This document shows, in pieces, positions 8,822 through 19,441 of a stretch of 42,404 bases of DNA. Source of the DNA: an uncultured Haloferula sp. (lineage in GTDB: Bacteria > Verrucomicrobiota > Verrucomicrobiia > Verrucomicrobiales > Akkermansiaceae). The translations under genes were made by a program, and so were the position numbers. The notes under the pieces are model-generated. The model saw only the letters and a program-made list of their open reading frames with translations, made no database searches and was not told the DNA's origin. Positions within the stretch are counted from its first letter, which is position 1; each line of letters opens with the position of its first letter. The stretch lies in contig CBFGTS010000024.1 of NCBI GenBank assembly GCA_965652295.1, forward strand, positions 1-42,404, in the 5' to 3' direction.

Positions 8822-9526
8822 TCAGCCTTCGGGGTTGGTGGGCGCCGGAGCGTAGTTCATCGAGGCCGGCACGGTGTCGTCGTGCTGGAGGGAAAGGAGA
8901 TAACTGGCAAGCGCGCGGGCTTGCTGGCCGGGCACGATTTCGATGCCCTCTTCGGTTGCCACGTCGATAGCGGCATCAGAAGGCGGACCGTGGCGCTCGC
9001 GCTTCTCGAAGAGGAACGGCAGCGACGGGCAGTTGGTCCAGGCGGCGACCTCGGGGTCGAGCCGTGGATTGTAGAGGCGGAGGTAAAGGTAGTCTTCCGC
9101 ATCCGCACCGTGGTCACGCAGCAGCCGGCGACCGTAGTTCATCAGGTCCGGGCCGGTCCTCGTCACGCCGATCGGGGCGAAGTCGAGGCCGACGTAGTCG
9201 AAGGGGTTCGACTCGCGGCGGGTGTCGCCCCGCTCCGGGTCGTCACTGAGACCGGCGAAGTCCGGGCGACCGAGGTCGTTGCCGGCGGTGGTCGGGCGGA
9301 TGACCTGGGTGTGGCAGAGGTAGCAGCCGTTCTCGGCGTAGACTTCGTAGCCGTTGACCACGCGGCCGGCGGTCTTCGGGTGATAGATCCCGGTCTGGGT
9401 GTCGATGCCCTCCTGGAATGCGACCGGGGAAAGGGCGCGCATTTTGAAGAAGGGGACGACCACCACGGCAAGCCAGGCGAGGCCGAAGCTGGCGGTGAGT
9501 CCGATGGCGAAAGTGCGGAAGTTCAT
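8822..9526 (-). CDS. CcoO/FixO-like monoheme cytochrome (cbb3 subunit II homologue), atypical
   Basis: N-terminal TM, GYEVYAENGCYLCHTQVIRP, RTGPDL, LYNPR; the SxMP motif reads TNCP. Confidence 0.85.
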   Translation of the reverse strand: MNFRTFAIGLTASFGLAWLAVVVVPFFKMRALSPVAFQEGIDTQTGIYHPKTAGRVVNGYEVYAENGCYLCHTQVIRPTTAGNDLGRPDFAGLSDDPERGDTRRESNPFDYVGLDFAPIGVTRTGPDLMNYGRRLLRDHGADAEDYLYLRLYNPRLDPEVAAWTNCPSLPFLFEKRERHGPPSDAAIDVATEEGIEIVPGQQARALASYLLSLQHDDTVPASMNYAPAPTNPEG

Positions 9527-9548
9527 GTCGCGGGGAAAATCAGGCGGG

Positions 9549-11027
9549 TCAGTGGACGATGGGACCGGTGTTGTCGATGTCGCCTTCCGGCCCGTGCGGG
9601 CTCTCGGCGTGGCCGTGGACCAGCAGGGTCGGATGCGAGCTGCGGCGGCCGAGGCGCAGCCACATCAGCGTGAGGTGCATGAAGAAGAAGAAGTTCGAGA
9701 CCAGCAGGAAGCACCAGGCGATCGTGTTGAACACGGCGTAGTTCTGGCTGCGGTCGGCCGCGTCCTCCCAGCCGGTCAACATCGCCTCCTGGCCGACTCC
9801 CTGCATCAGGCCGCCGAACAGCGTGATCACCGCGATGCCGCCCGCTCCGTAGATCGAGAGGAAGAAGTGCGAGGTGATGAGGCGGCGGGAAAGCCACTCG
9901 CGGCGGGTGATGCGCGGGACGATGAAGTAGATCGCACCGAAGGCGATGAAGCTGAAGAAGCCGTAAACGCCGAGGACCTCGTATCCGTATCCGGAAATGG
10001 TGAATTGCGTGAGTTTCAGCACCCCGGGGAGATTGAGGAAGACGCTGGCGAGGGCGAAAACGAGCAGGAAGATCAAGCCCCAGACGGTGAAACGCAGGGT
10101 CGGGCTGGTGTTGACCGTTTCCAGATCGGTGGCGGCCGTCTTGAGCAAGTTGATGCCGGCGACGGCGGCGGGGATGGCGAAGAGAACCGTCGCGAAGGCC
10201 CCGAGGTAGGGCAGGAAGTTCGGCAGCGGCACCCCGGCAAGGGTTTGCAGGCCGGCCCACGGAGCGATGATCGCCAGCGACCAGAAGCCAATCATCGAAA
10301 GCGAGTAGTTGTAGACCGGACGACCAAGCACCTTGGGCACCAGGTAGTAGGCCATGCCGATGCCGATCGGGGCGAAGAGCATCAGCAGCATGGCGGAGCG
10401 GAACCAGGCGTTCACGCCGGTGGCTCCGAGCGGGCTGCCATCGAAGCCGTGGATCAGCAGGTTCGACGAGGCGAAGAACCACGGGAACCAGATCAGCGCG
10501 GCCATCAGGTACCACTGGGAAACATAGGTGTGACCCTCCGGGCGGACTTTGAACTGGACCATCGAACCGATGACGATCGCGATGTAGGCGAGGAGCATCG
10601 GGAACCAGGCGAACGAAGGCATTTCCATCCATGGCATCCCGGTGCCGCCACCGGCGAGGATGGCGATGACGCCGAGCGAAAGTGCGAAGTTCCAGACGTG
10701 GCCGGCGGTGAGGATCGTTCCGGGGTTGCGGCAGGTCTGGCGGGAAAGCCGGGCCATCAGCCAGATCACCATCCCGAAGGCCGCCTGGCAGCCCCAGCCG
10801 TAGATGAAGGCGGTCTGGTGAGCGGCGAACACGCGGCCGTAGGTCAGCCAGGCACATTGGTCGAGGAAGCCGGGGCTGTGGACCTTGGCGGAGGAGACGA
10901 TGCCGAGCAGGATCGCCACCGCCAGCCAGGCCGCGCCGCTGGTGAAGAAGAACATCACCGGATGGCGGAGCGATCGGTCGATCGACGCGCGCAGGATCGT
11001 GTCTTGGTCGTTTTCGAGGGAGGCCAT
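9549..11027 (-). CDS. CcoN/FixN-like polytopic membrane protein lacking active-site ligands (pseudo-oxidase)
   Basis: CcoN framework motifs LTYGR..H, YVSQWY, YYLVPK...PVYNY, WAG, P.LRF, YFIVPR, HF are present; CuB and heme b3 histidines are absent. Confidence 0.85.
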   Translation of the reverse strand: MASLENDQDTILRASIDRSLRHPVMFFFTSGAAWLAVAILLGIVSSAKVHSPGFLDQCAWLTYGRVFAAHQTAFIYGWGCQAAFGMVIWLMARLSRQTCRNPGTILTAGHVWNFALSLGVIAILAGGGTGMPWMEMPSFAWFPMLLAYIAIVIGSMVQFKVRPEGHTYVSQWYLMAALIWFPWFFASSNLLIHGFDGSPLGATGVNAWFRSAMLLMLFAPIGIGMAYYLVPKVLGRPVYNYSLSMIGFWSLAIIAPWAGLQTLAGVPLPNFLPYLGAFATVLFAIPAAVAGINLLKTAATDLETVNTSPTLRFTVWGLIFLLVFALASVFLNLPGVLKLTQFTISGYGYEVLGVYGFFSFIAFGAIYFIVPRITRREWLSRRLITSHFFLSIYGAGGIAVITLFGGLMQGVGQEAMLTGWEDAADRSQNYAVFNTIAWCFLLVSNFFFFMHLTLMWLRLGRRSSHPTLLVHGHAESPHGPEGDIDNTGPIVH

Positions 11028-11037
11028 GGCAGGAAAA

Positions 11038-11847
11038 TCAGGGAGCGACGGGGATCAGGTCGGCTTGCTTGAGCATCGGCTTGCCGACCTCGGAGCGGAG
11101 CATTTTGACCTGCTCGGGGAGCACGGGCGGAGCGGAGTTCCCGAAGGAATTGCGGATGTAGGTGAGCACGGCGGCGACGTCTTCATCGCTGCTGGCGGCA
11201 CCCATGGGTGCCATCGGTGCGGGAAGAGTGTATTCCTTGCCGGAAACGGTGATCGGGCCTTCGAGGCCGCGCATCTGGATGCGGATCAGGTTGGAGACCG
11301 GGCCGGTGACCCAGTCGGAACCGGCGAGCGGCGGAGCGATGACCGGGTTGCCCTCGCCGTTCTGCCCGTGGCAGGCGGCGCACAGCAGGTAGGCCGTTTT
11401 GCCTTTCTCCATCACGGCCGGGTCTGGAGCAGTGCCCGCGGCGGGAGTCAGTTGATCCACCGCACCTGCGTCGGCTTCCGGAGACTCGGCCAGTTTCTCA
11501 GCCGTCGGAGATCCGGGAACGACCTGGGCGGCGTCGGTCGAAGCGGTCGGTTTGGAGGCGACGAGTTGCTTCCCGACGAGGCCGAACACGGCCTCCGGAT
11601 GAGCTTTCACCGTCGTCTTGTCTTCGGACACCGTCCACGCGTGGAGATTGGCCTTCTGGGATTCCTCCACCTGGGCGCGGACCTTCAGGCGGTTGAGCCG
11701 GGCGGTTTCCTCAAGCGAATTGCGAGCCTCCCCGCCACCAGCCACCAGGCGGGTGATGAAGAGCACCACGAAGAAGAGCAGGATGACGCCGATCCCCCAC
11801 CAGAAGGCGGTGAAGCGGGCCATGGGATTGTCACGGGATGGATCCAT
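11038..11847 (-). CDS. ActG-like N-terminus fused to a monoheme cytochrome c
   Basis: Follows actF; TM plus LHAWTVSEDKTTVKAHPEAVFGLV segment; C-terminal CAACH, APPLAGSDWV, PMAPM, LTYIRNSFGN. Cytochrome c is certain, ActG homology is tentative. Confidence 0.75.
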   Translation of the reverse strand: MDPSRDNPMARFTAFWWGIGVILLFFVVLFITRLVAGGGEARNSLEETARLNRLKVRAQVEESQKANLHAWTVSEDKTTVKAHPEAVFGLVGKQLVASKPTASTDAAQVVPGSPTAEKLAESPEADAGAVDQLTPAAGTAPDPAVMEKGKTAYLLCAACHGQNGEGNPVIAPPLAGSDWVTGPVSNLIRIQMRGLEGPITVSGKEYTLPAPMAPMGAASSDEDVAAVLTYIRNSFGNSAPPVLPEQVKMLRSEVGKPMLKQADLIPVAP

Positions 11848-11895
11848 GTTGGGAAAAGCTGAGGCGCTGAAATAGTGAAACCTGAAACGGGATGA

Positions 11896-13233
11896 TCAAT
11901 TCGAGACGTTCGCGGACTCGAGGATGCGGGGATCCTGGTTGGGGTAGAGGTTGTTCTGGCCGAGGGCGCGCAAGTAGAAGAAGACGAAGCCGGAGCCAAC
12001 CGTGATGAAGGCGAGGATGTCGCCCCAGAACGCACCGGGGACGGTGGTCGTCACGTGGCCGAACTGCTCCGGAAGGAGATTCATCAGCGAGACCGAGCGC
12101 TCGGGAATGGCGATCAGGTAATGATCGAGGAAGTGCATCGCCAGCGTGTAGACGGCCATGGCGGCGAGAGCCATCGGCTTCTTTTTCAGCCAGGCTTGCA
12201 GCAGGATCACGAAGGGGACGACGAAGTGGAGGAAGACCAGAGCGATCATGCCGGTGTTCCAGCCGCCGGTGTTGCGGATCAGGAAATAGCGGGTCTCCTC
12301 GGTGATGTTCGCATACCAGATGAGGAAATACTGGGAGAACGCGATGTAGGCCCAGAAGATGGTGAAAGCGAGGAGCAGCTTGCCCTTGATGTGGTAGTGC
12401 TCCGGCGTGACGACCTTCTTCATGTAGCCCGCCCGCTGGAGCAGCGCACAGGTGATGATGATCACGGCCATCGAGTTCAGCGCGGAACCGGCGAAGAGAT
12501 ACACCCCCCACATGGTCGAGAACCAGGTGTAGTCGAGGCCCATCAACCAGTCGAAGCCGGCGAAGGTGATGGTGATCGCGAAAATGATCAACGTGTAGGT
12601 CGAGTGGAAGCGGGCGCGGAACAGGCGGCTGGTGCCGGGGTTCGGATCGCTGTCCTGCTCGACGGAGAGCTTCCGCAGACCGCGGATGACGAGGCTGAGA
12701 CCGACGAAGTAGAAGACGAAGCGGACGTACCAGAACGGGATGCTCATGTACCAGTACTTGAGATACATGAGGTGGTGGTGCGGATCGTGGCTGTGGTGGA
12801 GCGCATCCTTCGCGCCCACGCCGAAGGTGGAACCGGAAAGCTCGCGGTGGGTGTTCATCCACTCGTAGAGCCATTTTTGCACCGCCGGGCAGGCCAGCGG
12901 CGCGGCGAAAATAAACATCCAGGGATACACCGAACCGAGGTTCTCCATGACGCGGCGGACCGAGGTCCCCCACCCCGAGTTGGAGACGTTGTGAAGCAGG
13001 GTCCAGAAGCAGCCACCGACGGCCAGGGTGAAGAAGAAGAACACCGCGAACAGCCAGGAATAGGAGTAGGTGGCGGCCCAGCCTTCATTCGGGCCGAAGA
13101 GCAGGAAGAAGCTGACCAGCGTGAGCACCGCCGAGGTGCCACCGGCGATCAGCTTGATCTTCGGAATGATCGGGCTGCTGAGTCGCTCGCCTTGGGCGGG
13201 GACGTCCGCGGAAGTGACGTAGTGGGAAGCCAT
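11896..13233 (-). CDS. actF: Alternative complex III subunit ActF
   Basis: Polytopic NrfD-like protein: FDWLMGLDYTWFSTMWG, FWAYIAFSQYFLIWYANITEET; position in the act operon. Confidence 0.9.
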   Translation of the reverse strand: MASHYVTSADVPAQGERLSSPIIPKIKLIAGGTSAVLTLVSFFLLFGPNEGWAATYSYSWLFAVFFFFTLAVGGCFWTLLHNVSNSGWGTSVRRVMENLGSVYPWMFIFAAPLACPAVQKWLYEWMNTHRELSGSTFGVGAKDALHHSHDPHHHLMYLKYWYMSIPFWYVRFVFYFVGLSLVIRGLRKLSVEQDSDPNPGTSRLFRARFHSTYTLIIFAITITFAGFDWLMGLDYTWFSTMWGVYLFAGSALNSMAVIIITCALLQRAGYMKKVVTPEHYHIKGKLLLAFTIFWAYIAFSQYFLIWYANITEETRYFLIRNTGGWNTGMIALVFLHFVVPFVILLQAWLKKKPMALAAMAVYTLAMHFLDHYLIAIPERSVSLMNLLPEQFGHVTTTVPGAFWGDILAFITVGSGFVFFYLRALGQNNLYPNQDPRILESANVSN

Positions 13234-13252
13234 GGTCGGAGAGGAAAAGAGC

Positions 13253-13954
13253 TTACTGGGCCGGGTTGGCTGAGGCTTGAGCCGCGTCGTAGGCGGCCTT
13301 GACGGCAGGATCGGACAGCGGCGCCTTCTGGGCGGCCTGGAGGGCGCGGACGTAGGCGATCACCGCCCAGCGGTCGCGCAGCGAAAGGTTGTGCTTGTAG
13401 GAACCCATGTTGCCTTTGCCGTGGGTGATCACGTCGAACATCCGTCCGTCCGGATACGCGGCGGGGCCGAAATTCTCGAGCGTCAGGTTGGCGACACCGG
13501 GGACACCGTATTGCGCGGCCATGCCTTGGCCGTCGCCGGAAGCGCCGTGGCATGGCATGCAGTTGACGAGATACATCTCGTGGCCGCGGCGGAGGAAGGC
13601 ATCGACGTTCTCCTCGGTGAGCTCCAGTTCCTCCGGCATGCCGCTGGAGTAGTGGTCGTTGATGACACCGGTGGCGTAGTAGCCGGTGCCTCCGCCGAAC
13701 TGATACTCGGGGATGCCGCCGAGTTCCGTCTGGCCGCTTTCGAGGAAGCCCCGGGGATGGGTGCCATCGACCGGCTGACGGGCACCGACGCCATCGGCGA
13801 AGAAAGCGTCCGGCTTCTGGGCCTTGAGCTTGTCCTGGTTGTCCATGTCCGGGAGCAGCCAGATCGGTGTGTCGGCGCGCTTTTCACCCCGCATCGGCAT
13901 GAGACCGATGAAGAGCGCGGCGATGATCGCGTAAGCGAGGAAGAAGTATTTCAC
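13253..13954 (-). CDS. actE: Alternative complex III monoheme subunit ActE
   Basis: PDMDNQ.K.K.Q, RG.EMY.VNCMPCHG..GDGQG, ITHGKGNM, DRWAVIAYVRALQ; GTG start. Confidence 0.9.
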   Translation of the reverse strand: MKYFFLAYAIIAALFIGLMPMRGEKRADTPIWLLPDMDNQDKLKAQKPDAFFADGVGARQPVDGTHPRGFLESGQTELGGIPEYQFGGGTGYYATGVINDHYSSGMPEELELTEENVDAFLRRGHEMYLVNCMPCHGASGDGQGMAAQYGVPGVANLTLENFGPAAYPDGRMFDVITHGKGNMGSYKHNLSLRDRWAVIAYVRALQAAQKAPLSDPAVKAAYDAAQASANPAQ

Positions 13955-13976
13955 GGTGGGAGCGGAGAGCTGGGAG

Positions 13977-14531
13977 TTAGTCCTCTTCTTCGACGAGTTC
14001 GATGTTGGTGCCGCCGATGTCCTGGAGGAGGTTCCGGGTGCCTTCGGGGCTGAACTTCGGATCGCGGGCTTCGATGGCGATGAAGAAGGCGTCGTCGGTG
14101 GCGCGGTGGAACTGCTTGCTGGCGAACAGCGGGTGGTTCAGGCGTGGCAGCTTCATCAGCGCAAGCAGGCCGAAGAGCACGGTGAAACCGGAGAACAGGA
14201 TGGTCAGCTCGAACATCACCGGGAAGAAGGCCGGCACGGTGAAGATGTTGGTCGGCTTGGCCTGGACGACGGTCGGGTAGATCAGGACCTGGGTGCCGTA
14301 GGCGAGGCAGAAAGCGGTGAGGGTGCCGGTTGCGCCACCGAAGAACACCAGCCAGGGCAGGACGGAGCGCTTGAGGCCCATCGCGCCATCGAGGCCGTGG
14401 ATCGGATAGGGCGAGTGGCAGTCCCACTTGCGGAAACCGGCATCGCGCACCTTTTCCGCGGCCTTGTAGAGGGCGGAGGCGCTTTTGAATTCGGCCAGGT
14501 AGCCGTAAACGCGTTTACGAGTCGTGCTCAC
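13977..14531 (-). CDS. actD: Alternative complex III subunit ActD (DUF3341)
   Basis: LAEF, HSPYPIHGLD.AMG, FFPVMFELTILF, DDAFFIAIEA.DP. Confidence 0.92.
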   Translation of the reverse strand: MSTTRKRVYGYLAEFKSASALYKAAEKVRDAGFRKWDCHSPYPIHGLDGAMGLKRSVLPWLVFFGGATGTLTAFCLAYGTQVLIYPTVVQAKPTNIFTVPAFFPVMFELTILFSGFTVLFGLLALMKLPRLNHPLFASKQFHRATDDAFFIAIEARDPKFSPEGTRNLLQDIGGTNIELVEEED

Positions 14532-14568
14532 AGGTAATGAAAGGCGTGGGTGATTCCGGCGGGAGGTT

Positions 14569-16047
14569 TCAGATCGACGGCGACTTGTCGCGCAGTTCGT
14601 ATTGATAGGCGGCCTGATCCGTGACGCCCTCGTCGGGATGATCCTTGAGGTCGTCGAAGTGCGGATCGGACTCCGGCAGCGTCCACTTCACTTCCGCAAT
14701 GTTGATGCAGGGCAGGAAACGGAGGAACAGCAGGAACAAGGTGAGGAACATCCCGATGGTGCCGACGAACAGGAGCTGGTCCTGGCCGCTCGGGGAGAAG
14801 TATTTCCAATCGCCCGGCAGCCACATGCGAGAGAGCGTGGTGACGATGATGACGAAGCGTTCGAACCACATGCCGCAGTTCACGCACATCGCCACGGCCA
14901 TCACGACCCAGAGGTTCTCCCGGCATTTCTTGAACCAGAAGATCTGCGGCGAGAGGACGTTGAGGCCCATCATCCAGAAGTAGGCCCAGTTGAAGGGACC
15001 GGCGATCCGGTATTTGAAGGCTTCCATCTCGAACTTCGCGCCGGAGTAGAAGGCGACGAAGAGCTCCATCAGGTAGGCGTAGCCGACGATGGTGCCGGTC
15101 AGCAGGATGATCTTCGCCATGTTGTCGATGTGCTTCATCGTGATCAGATCCTGCAGGCCGTAGATGAAACGGGCGGGAACCATGATGGTGAGCACCATCG
15201 CAAAGCCACCGAAGATGGCGCCGGCGACGAAGTAGGGCGGGAAAATCGTGGTGTGCCAGCCGGGGACGACCGAGGTGGCGAAGTCGAAGGAAACGACCGA
15301 GTGCACCGAGAGCACCAGCGGGGTCGAAAGCGCGGCCAGAAGGAGGTAGGCCATTTCATAGTGGCTCCACTGGCGGTTGCCGCCGCGCCAGCCGAGCGAG
15401 AACAGGCCGTAGAGGAACTTGCGCAGGCCGGGCTTGCAGCGATCGCGGATGGTCGCGAGGTCCGGAACCATGCCGAGATACCAGAAAATCAGCGAGACGG
15501 TGAAATAGGTCGAGACCGCGAACACGTCCCACAGCAACGGCGATTTGAAGTTTTGCCAGATGCCGTTGGCATTGGGAACCGGGGCAAGGAACCAGACCAT
15601 CCAGACGCGGCCAACGTGGAAGGCGGGGAAGATCCCCGCGCACATCACGGCGAAGATCGTCATGGCCTCCGCGGCACGGTTGATCGAGGTCCGCCAGTTC
15701 TGACGGGTCAGGAAAAGGATGGCCGAAATCAGCGTTCCGGCGTGGCCGATGCCGATCCAGAACACGAAGTTCACGATCGGCCAGCCCCACATCACGCGGT
15801 TGGTGTTTCCCCAGACCCCGACACCGGTCGAAACCAGGTGGAAGAGGCCGAAGCCGACGCCGATGGCGGCGATGAGGGCGCTCGGAATGAAGAGCAGCCA
15901 CCACAAGCCGGGCTGGCGGTTTTCGAGGACGCCGCAGATCCGCTCGGTGATCCAGTGATAGGAGCGGTCGTTGAGGATCAGCTTCTCGCGCTTGAGCACG
16001 GGAAGCTTCGGACCTTGGCGTTGGGAGGTTTCAGTGGCGGTGGCCAT
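14569..16047 (-). CDS. actC: Alternative complex III subunit ActC (NrfD family, quinol-oxidising)
   Basis: [64 protein letters not shown]. Confidence 0.96.
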   Translation of the reverse strand: MATATETSQRQGPKLPVLKREKLILNDRSYHWITERICGVLENRQPGLWWLLFIPSALIAAIGVGFGLFHLVSTGVGVWGNTNRVMWGWPIVNFVFWIGIGHAGTLISAILFLTRQNWRTSINRAAEAMTIFAVMCAGIFPAFHVGRVWMVWFLAPVPNANGIWQNFKSPLLWDVFAVSTYFTVSLIFWYLGMVPDLATIRDRCKPGLRKFLYGLFSLGWRGGNRQWSHYEMAYLLLAALSTPLVLSVHSVVSFDFATSVVPGWHTTIFPPYFVAGAIFGGFAMVLTIMVPARFIYGLQDLITMKHIDNMAKIILLTGTIVGYAYLMELFVAFYSGAKFEMEAFKYRIAGPFNWAYFWMMGLNVLSPQIFWFKKCRENLWVVMAVAMCVNCGMWFERFVIIVTTLSRMWLPGDWKYFSPSGQDQLLFVGTIGMFLTLFLLFLRFLPCINIAEVKWTLPESDPHFDDLKDHPDEGVTDQAAYQYELRDKSPSI

Positions 16048-16086
16048 GTTTCTCGCAGGTGACTGGGATCGGATCGCGGGCAGCGA

Positions 16087-19000
16087 TCAGTGCATGTGAA
16101 TGGTCGCTTTCCCGATGAACCGGGCACCGGGCATCGAGGGATTCGGATTCTTGACGCGGGCCAGATAGCTGGTGCGCGGGCGGGTTCCGATGTATTGGAG
16201 CAGATCGTAGTTCCGGGCGACGTCCTTGGCGCGCATCACGGTGGCCTTCTGCTCGTCGAGCTTGTTGCCGAAGGTGATGGCACCGGCCGAGCAGGCGTCC
16301 TGGCAGGCGACCTTGACGGAATCGACCGGGATGCGGAGTTCCGCGGTGCCGACGCTGACGGCCAGCGAGTTGCCGGTGGCGAGCGTTTCCTGCTTCTGGC
16401 GGCGCTTCTGACGGATCTTGGCGTCCTTGAGGCGCTGCACGCAGTAGGTGCACTTTTCCATCACGCCGCGCATGCGGACGGTGACGTTCGGATTGCGCTG
16501 GAGGTGGGCGGCGGTGCCGACCTGCTTTTCACCCAACGGACCGCGGTAGAGGTTGTGGGCGATGAGCGGGTTGCGCTTGTTGTAGTCGAAGAAGTTGAAA
16601 CGACGGGCCTTGTAGGGGCAGTTGTTCGCGCAATAGCGGGTGCCGATGCAGCGGTTGTAGGCCATCGCGTTGAGGCCGTCCTCAGTGTGAACGGTGGCAT
16701 TCACCGGGCAGACGGTTTCGCACGGCGCGGACTCGCACTGCACGCAGGCAACCGGCTGCGGGATCATCTCCAGGTTGTCGCCGGATTCGTCGCCGTCCTG
16801 GGAGGCGAAATACCGGTCCATCCGGATCCAGTGCATCTCGCGGCCCTTGGCGAGCTGCTCCTTGCCGACGATCGGGATGTTGTTCTCCGCCTGGCAGGCG
16901 ATGAGGCAGGCGTTGCACCCGGTGCAGCTGCTGAGATCGATCGCCATCGCCCACTGGTGAAGCGGGTCGTTGATGAGCGGCTGGCCCTGACGGTCCTCCT
17001 GCTTGTAGAGCGAGATGTTCGGCGGAGCGTGGGAGTCCATGCCCTGCTTCTTCACACCGGCGAGCTGGTGGGCGAAGTCGCCCTTCACGTCATCGGCCGC
17101 CGTGGAAACCTCCCGGGCAATCGCGCGGCCATACATGGAGTGATGCTCCTGGGTGGCGGCGAGGCTGTATTTCCGGCCGGTCTTGGTCGGAGTTCCTTCG
17201 AGAACCGCGAAGTAGGGAGTCGCGCTGGTGCGGGCGGGATAGACGTTGAAACCGGTATTCACACCGACGAGGCCGACGTGGGCTTCGTTGCCGGTGTCGC
17301 GGCCGAGTTCGTCGTCGGCATTGCAGCCCTGGCCGTAGCCGAGAGGAACGTAGACCACGCCATCGGCGAGCCCGAAGGCGATCTGCACCGGCAGCTCAAG
17401 TTCGACGCCGTTGACCTTGATGGAAATCATCTTGGCCTTGAGGTTCTCCCCTTCCCCATCCGGCGGCACCGCGGCGGTCGGGGTCTGGATCTTCACCAGC
17501 TCGTCGTAGAGATCGTATTGCTTGGCCGTCGCGGGCGAAACGAAGGCGGCGTTGTCCCACGACAGCTTCGAGAGGGGGTCCGGGGCTTCCTGGAGCCAGC
17601 CGTTGTCGATCCAGCGACCATCGTAAACCGAATAGTCGGTGGCGAAGATGATCTCAAGGTCGCCGCCGGCGGGCGCGGCATCGATCGCGGCGGTCAGCGC
17701 GGCGGCATCGGAGGAAACGGTCGCGGTGGGATAGCTCGATCCGGCGAGGAAACCCTCACGCAGCAGGGTTTTCCAAGCCTCTTCGGTTTCGCCTGCCAGG
17801 GCGGAGAAGGTCTTGCGGACCGCGGCCATCGCCGGGCTGGCTCCGCCTTCCTCGCCTTCTCCGGTGAGAAGACGGCCTTCGCCATCGAGCAGCGCGGAGA
17901 GCACCTCGAGCTCGCTCGCGCAGTCGGGGTAGAGCGGCAGGATCATCGGCTGGACGATCGTGTAGACGCCGGTGGCGCTGCGGGCATCGCTCCAGCTTTC
18001 GAGGTAGTGGCTGGCCGGCACGTGCCAGGTGGTGGCGTGCGCGGTGGCGTCGGTGCGGAGACCGAAATGGATGCTGGTCTCGGCATTCGCCAGCGCCTCG
18101 TTGAACCCGAGGTCGGCCGGGGCGTCGTAAGCAGGATTCGAGGGCGTGAAGAACAGGACGTGCTCGACGGCGCCGGAGTTGAGGTCGGCGACGAGCTCGG
18201 CCAGACCGCCGAGGCCGGTGTTGCCAGTCACCACGGCGCGCAGCGGGGCGTCCTCACCGATCGCCCCGATACGGAGATTGATCGCGGCGGCGATGCGATG
18301 GACGGCTTCCGGCGCGCGGCTGCCGACGACCACCATCGAACGTCCGCGGTTCGCCTGCAGGTCCTTGGCCAGTTCCGCGACCCAATCGGAAATGCGGGCA
18401 TCGGCGGCAGGTGCGTTTCCAACGGAGCCACTATCGCCGAGGGCGCGGAGGATTTCCGCGGCCGCCGTGACGAGCTGGCTCGGCTTCACGCGCAAGCGGT
18501 GATCCGCCATGCCGCCGGTGAGCGAGAAAGCGCTTTCGACGGCGTAGAGCCGGTTCATGCGCGAGGAATCCGGAGCCTGATCGTAGCCTCCACCCTCGGG
18601 CTTGCGGCGGTCGTAGAACGCGCGGACCGGACCGACGGAGTCGAGTTCGGTGAAATCGCAGTCGAGCGAAACGATGCGGTCGGCCTTGGTAAAATCGGCC
18701 ACGAAACGCACACCGTCGCCGAACAGGCCGTCGGCTTCGCCTTCAAGCGCCTCGTAGGCGTAGGCCCTGAGGCCGGAGAACTTCGCCTGCAAGTCCTTCA
18801 GGAGACGGCTGCGGGTGGGCGAGTCATCGCGACCGAAAACCACGCCGACTTTCGCCGCGGGATCGTTGGCGATTCCGGCGAGCACGCCCTCGAACTCACC
18901 GCGGGTGGCGGGCTTTCCGTGGTGCAGCACCTGGCGCGAGCGGCTGGGAGAATACAGATCGAGCACCGAGGCCTGGGCGAAGGCGTCGGTGCCGGCACCC

Positions 19001-19407
19001 TCGGGGTGCAGCTCGTTCGGGCCGACCCGGGTCGGGCGGCCTTCGTAGGTGGTCACCACCAGCGGGGTGGCACCGCCGGAGCGGGGAAAACTGGAAGCGT
19101 AGTAGGTCGCCTTGCCCGGAATGACCCACTCGGGCGCGTTGGCGTAGGGCAGGATGTAGCTTTCCGGGCGGCGGCAGGCGGCCATGCCGAAACCGGCGAG
19201 GGCGGTCGAGGCGCCCATGAGTTTGAGGAACGACCGGCGGGATGTCTCCATCTCCTCCTGGTTCTCCATCTCCGCGGCGCCGCGGGGAAACTCGCGCTCG
19301 AGCCACTCGCGGAACTCGGCCGTGTTCTCAAGCTGCCCGACACCGCGCCAGGAGACGGTGGTTTCGTCCGCGGGAACGTCGGGGTGTTGCCAGATGCGTT
19401 TGCTCAT
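16087..19407 (-). CDS. actB: Alternative complex III subunit ActB (molybdopterin-oxidoreductase-like plus Fe-S domain)
   Basis: Tat motif SRRSFLK followed by AAC; C-terminal [42 protein letters not shown]. Confidence 0.96.
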   Translation of the reverse strand: MSKRIWQHPDVPADETTVSWRGVGQLENTAEFREWLEREFPRGAAEMENQEEMETSRRSFLKLMGASTALAGFGMAACRRPESYILPYANAPEWVIPGKATYYASSFPRSGGATPLVVTTYEGRPTRVGPNELHPEGAGTDAFAQASVLDLYSPSRSRQVLHHGKPATRGEFEGVLAGIANDPAAKVGVVFGRDDSPTRSRLLKDLQAKFSGLRAYAYEALEGEADGLFGDGVRFVADFTKADRIVSLDCDFTELDSVGPVRAFYDRRKPEGGGYDQAPDSSRMNRLYAVESAFSLTGGMADHRLRVKPSQLVTAAAEILRALGDSGSVGNAPAADARISDWVAELAKDLQANRGRSMVVVGSRAPEAVHRIAAAINLRIGAIGEDAPLRAVVTGNTGLGGLAELVADLNSGAVEHVLFFTPSNPAYDAPADLGFNEALANAETSIHFGLRTDATAHATTWHVPASHYLESWSDARSATGVYTIVQPMILPLYPDCASELEVLSALLDGEGRLLTGEGEEGGASPAMAAVRKTFSALAGETEEAWKTLLREGFLAGSSYPTATVSSDAAALTAAIDAAPAGGDLEIIFATDYSVYDGRWIDNGWLQEAPDPLSKLSWDNAAFVSPATAKQYDLYDELVKIQTPTAAVPPDGEGENLKAKMISIKVNGVELELPVQIAFGLADGVVYVPLGYGQGCNADDELGRDTGNEAHVGLVGVNTGFNVYPARTSATPYFAVLEGTPTKTGRKYSLAATQEHHSMYGRAIAREVSTAADDVKGDFAHQLAGVKKQGMDSHAPPNISLYKQEDRQGQPLINDPLHQWAMAIDLSSCTGCNACLIACQAENNIPIVGKEQLAKGREMHWIRMDRYFASQDGDESGDNLEMIPQPVACVQCESAPCETVCPVNATVHTEDGLNAMAYNRCIGTRYCANNCPYKARRFNFFDYNKRNPLIAHNLYRGPLGEKQVGTAAHLQRNPNVTVRMRGVMEKCTYCVQRLKDAKIRQKRRQKQETLATGNSLAVSVGTAELRIPVDSVKVACQDACSAGAITFGNKLDEQKATVMRAKDVARNYDLLQYIGTRPRTSYLARVKNPNPSMPGARFIGKATIHMH

Positions 19408-19441
19408 GGGTCGACGGAAAGATTTTCGAAACGGAAAGGAA

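Noticed and set aside
9549..11027. Calling this a functional cbb3 oxidase, an NO reductase or a pseudogene
   Set aside because: Metal ligands are missing, so it is not a functional oxidase or NOR; the ORF is intact and full length, so it is not an evident pseudogene
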